Source: a virus
Lineage: Duplodnaviria; Caudoviricetes
Reading direction: 5' to 3' (one strand)
DNA: 47,021 nucleotides
Virus record (IMG/VR): IMGVR_UViG_3300011443_000008
Coordinates: 1 to 47,021 of that record
The notes beneath the pieces were generated by a model. The model was given only the letters and a program-made list of their open reading frames with translations. It did not search any database and was not told the DNA's origin. Of the stretch, positions 45,764-47,021 are shown piece after piece (position 1 is the stretch's first letter; each line of letters opens with the position of its first letter). A program made the translations under genes and the position numbers.

Positions 45764-46758
45764 CGTTGTTACCCGGGAGGCGGCTTCTGGTTCTGCTGGG
45801 CGCACGTCAACCTCTGCGGTCCCGTTTCGGCGTCAGTGCCGCGGCCGGCGTCATCACGGGCATCAATCCCGAATACGGCCTGACCACGGGCGCCCACACC
45901 GTCACCATCACGGGGACCGGTTTCGCGGGCACTCCGAGCGTGACGTTCGGCGGCACAGCAGCAACCGATGTGGTGGTGGTCAGCGGCACCTCGCTGACCT
46001 GCACCGTTCCGGCCCATGCGGTGGGCGCAGTGGATGTGGTGGTCGAAAGCTCCACGTTGTCGGGGGTGTTCGAGTACTTCACGGCGGCGACCGGGACACT
46101 GGTCGATGACCCCGACTTCGACAACAACGATCTGGGCGGCTGGACTACCGGCGTCTTCGGTTCGGGGAACAGCATCGCCTTTGATGCCACGGTGTTCCGC
46201 ACCGGACACACCAAGAGCCTGCTTTGCACGCTGGCAGCCGATGAGGGTTTTTCCGGGCTGATTATCGACGGCATCAATAACAGCGTGTTCAAACTCCAGC
46301 CGGGCGTGTGGTTCCAGCAATACTGCCGTGCTCCACAAGCCACACTCGATGCCTGCTGGGCTGCGGGCCAGATGAAGATGATGAAGGTCAATGACTCGCC
46401 CGGCTCTGGCTCCAGCTACATGTCCAGCCTGCTGGGCCTGCAGCTGGTCTACAACCAGGCATCGGGCGACTTCACAGTGGCGGGCACGGGACATTCGGGC
46501 CCCAAGACCGGGACGCTGGTCGCGGACACGTGGACCCACATACTGGTCGGCTGCTTCCGGCTAGCGGGCAATGTGGGTCGGGTCGTGGTGTTCGAGGACG
46601 GCGAAAAAACGAACGACGATACGCTGGCCACGATTGGCGACGATGGCAGCAATGACAAGAACGTCAACGTCGGTGGCCACTACCAGCAGGATGTCGGCAC
46701 CACGGTGGTCATGAGCATTGACGGGGTGTCCCTCCGAAACGGGATATTCGTCGCATGA
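45751..46758 (+). CDS. IPT/TIG-domain plus lectin-like domain virion protein
   Basis: ITGINP..G.T.G..TVTITGTGF..SVTFGG..VVSGTSLTCTVP..G.VDVVV is the IPT/TIG pattern; C-terminal DTWTHI..FEDG resembles LamG. Confidence 0.8.
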   Translation: MAPLSLLPGRRLLVLLGARQPLRSRFGVSAAAGVITGINPEYGLTTGAHTVTITGTGFAGTPSVTFGGTAATDVVVVSGTSLTCTVPAHAVGAVDVVVESSTLSGVFEYFTAATGTLVDDPDFDNNDLGGWTTGVFGSGNSIAFDATVFRTGHTKSLLCTLAADEGFSGLIIDGINNSVFKLQPGVWFQQYCRAPQATLDACWAAGQMKMMKVNDSPGSGSSYMSSLLGLQLVYNQASGDFTVAGTGHSGPKTGTLVADTWTHILVGCFRLAGNVGRVVVFEDGEKTNDDTLATIGDDGSNDKNVNVGGHYQQDVGTTVVMSIDGVSLRNGIFVA

Positions 46759-46973
46759 GCACCGCACTTCACCGAGGAGCGGCAATGGCGGATACGCGGG
46801 TGATTCAACTGGTCAAGTTCACCGGCACGGACACGTGGGCCATGGTCAAGGACGGCGCGGGCGATGAGCAGCCGTGGAAGCTGTTTCGCGGCCGGCCGAA
46901 GGATCGCGGGTTGGTGGACGCCGACCTGATCGGGCTGACGGTGGACGAAGCCATGGCGAAGGCGGCGATGTAG
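46755..46973 (+). CDS. Hypothetical protein (alternative start 46785; 3' end duplicated at 1-75)
   Basis: GAGGAG RBS before 46785. Confidence 0.55.
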   Translation: MSTALHRGAAMADTRVIQLVKFTGTDTWAMVKDGAGDEQPWKLFRGRPKDRGLVDADLIGLTVDEAMAKAAM

Positions 46974-47021
46974 GTGATCGCCTATTTTCTTTCGCCCTAT
47001 CGCCGTGACCGGAGCTACGAC
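46899..47021. repeat. Terminal direct repeat, right copy
   Basis: Identical to 1-123. Confidence 0.97.

Overview
The window is a complete, circularly permuted genome of a temperate, GC-rich siphovirus. Bases 1-123 are repeated exactly at 46899-47021, so the unique length is 46,898 bp. Gene order around the circle: a fibre/neck module (45751 through the junction to 3952); P-loop protein, HNH and an AT-rich putative cos region; HK97-type terminase, portal, S49 protease and capsid; tail genes with a -1 frameshift chaperone; lysis genes interleaved with accessory genes; an XRE repressor divergent from an RHH protein; many small early genes with Gp157 and Sak; a vWA gene; then tnpB, an xis-like gene and a tyrosine integrase; a DNA-methyltransferase cassette; the replication initiator; and a zinc-ribbon gene before a late promoter. 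The strongest candidates for new biology are: (1) a catalytically intact TnpB without tnpA, coupled into the xis-int operon, with a recognisable omega-RNA scaffold, an 18-nt putative guide and a U-tract that is also a possible -1 frameshift fusing TnpB to Xis; (2) an attP (3' half of a tRNA, probably Thr) inside the integrase ORF; (3) a terminator/antiterminator RNA switch before the capsid gene; (4) three tandem tRNA-shaped RNA elements; (5) HNH and methylase insertions flanked by duplicated, partly recoded gene ends; (6) a possible non-canonical single-gene spanin. All calls come from motif reading by eye, with no database searches. The host is inferred to be a GC-rich diderm, possibly Gemmatimonadota.
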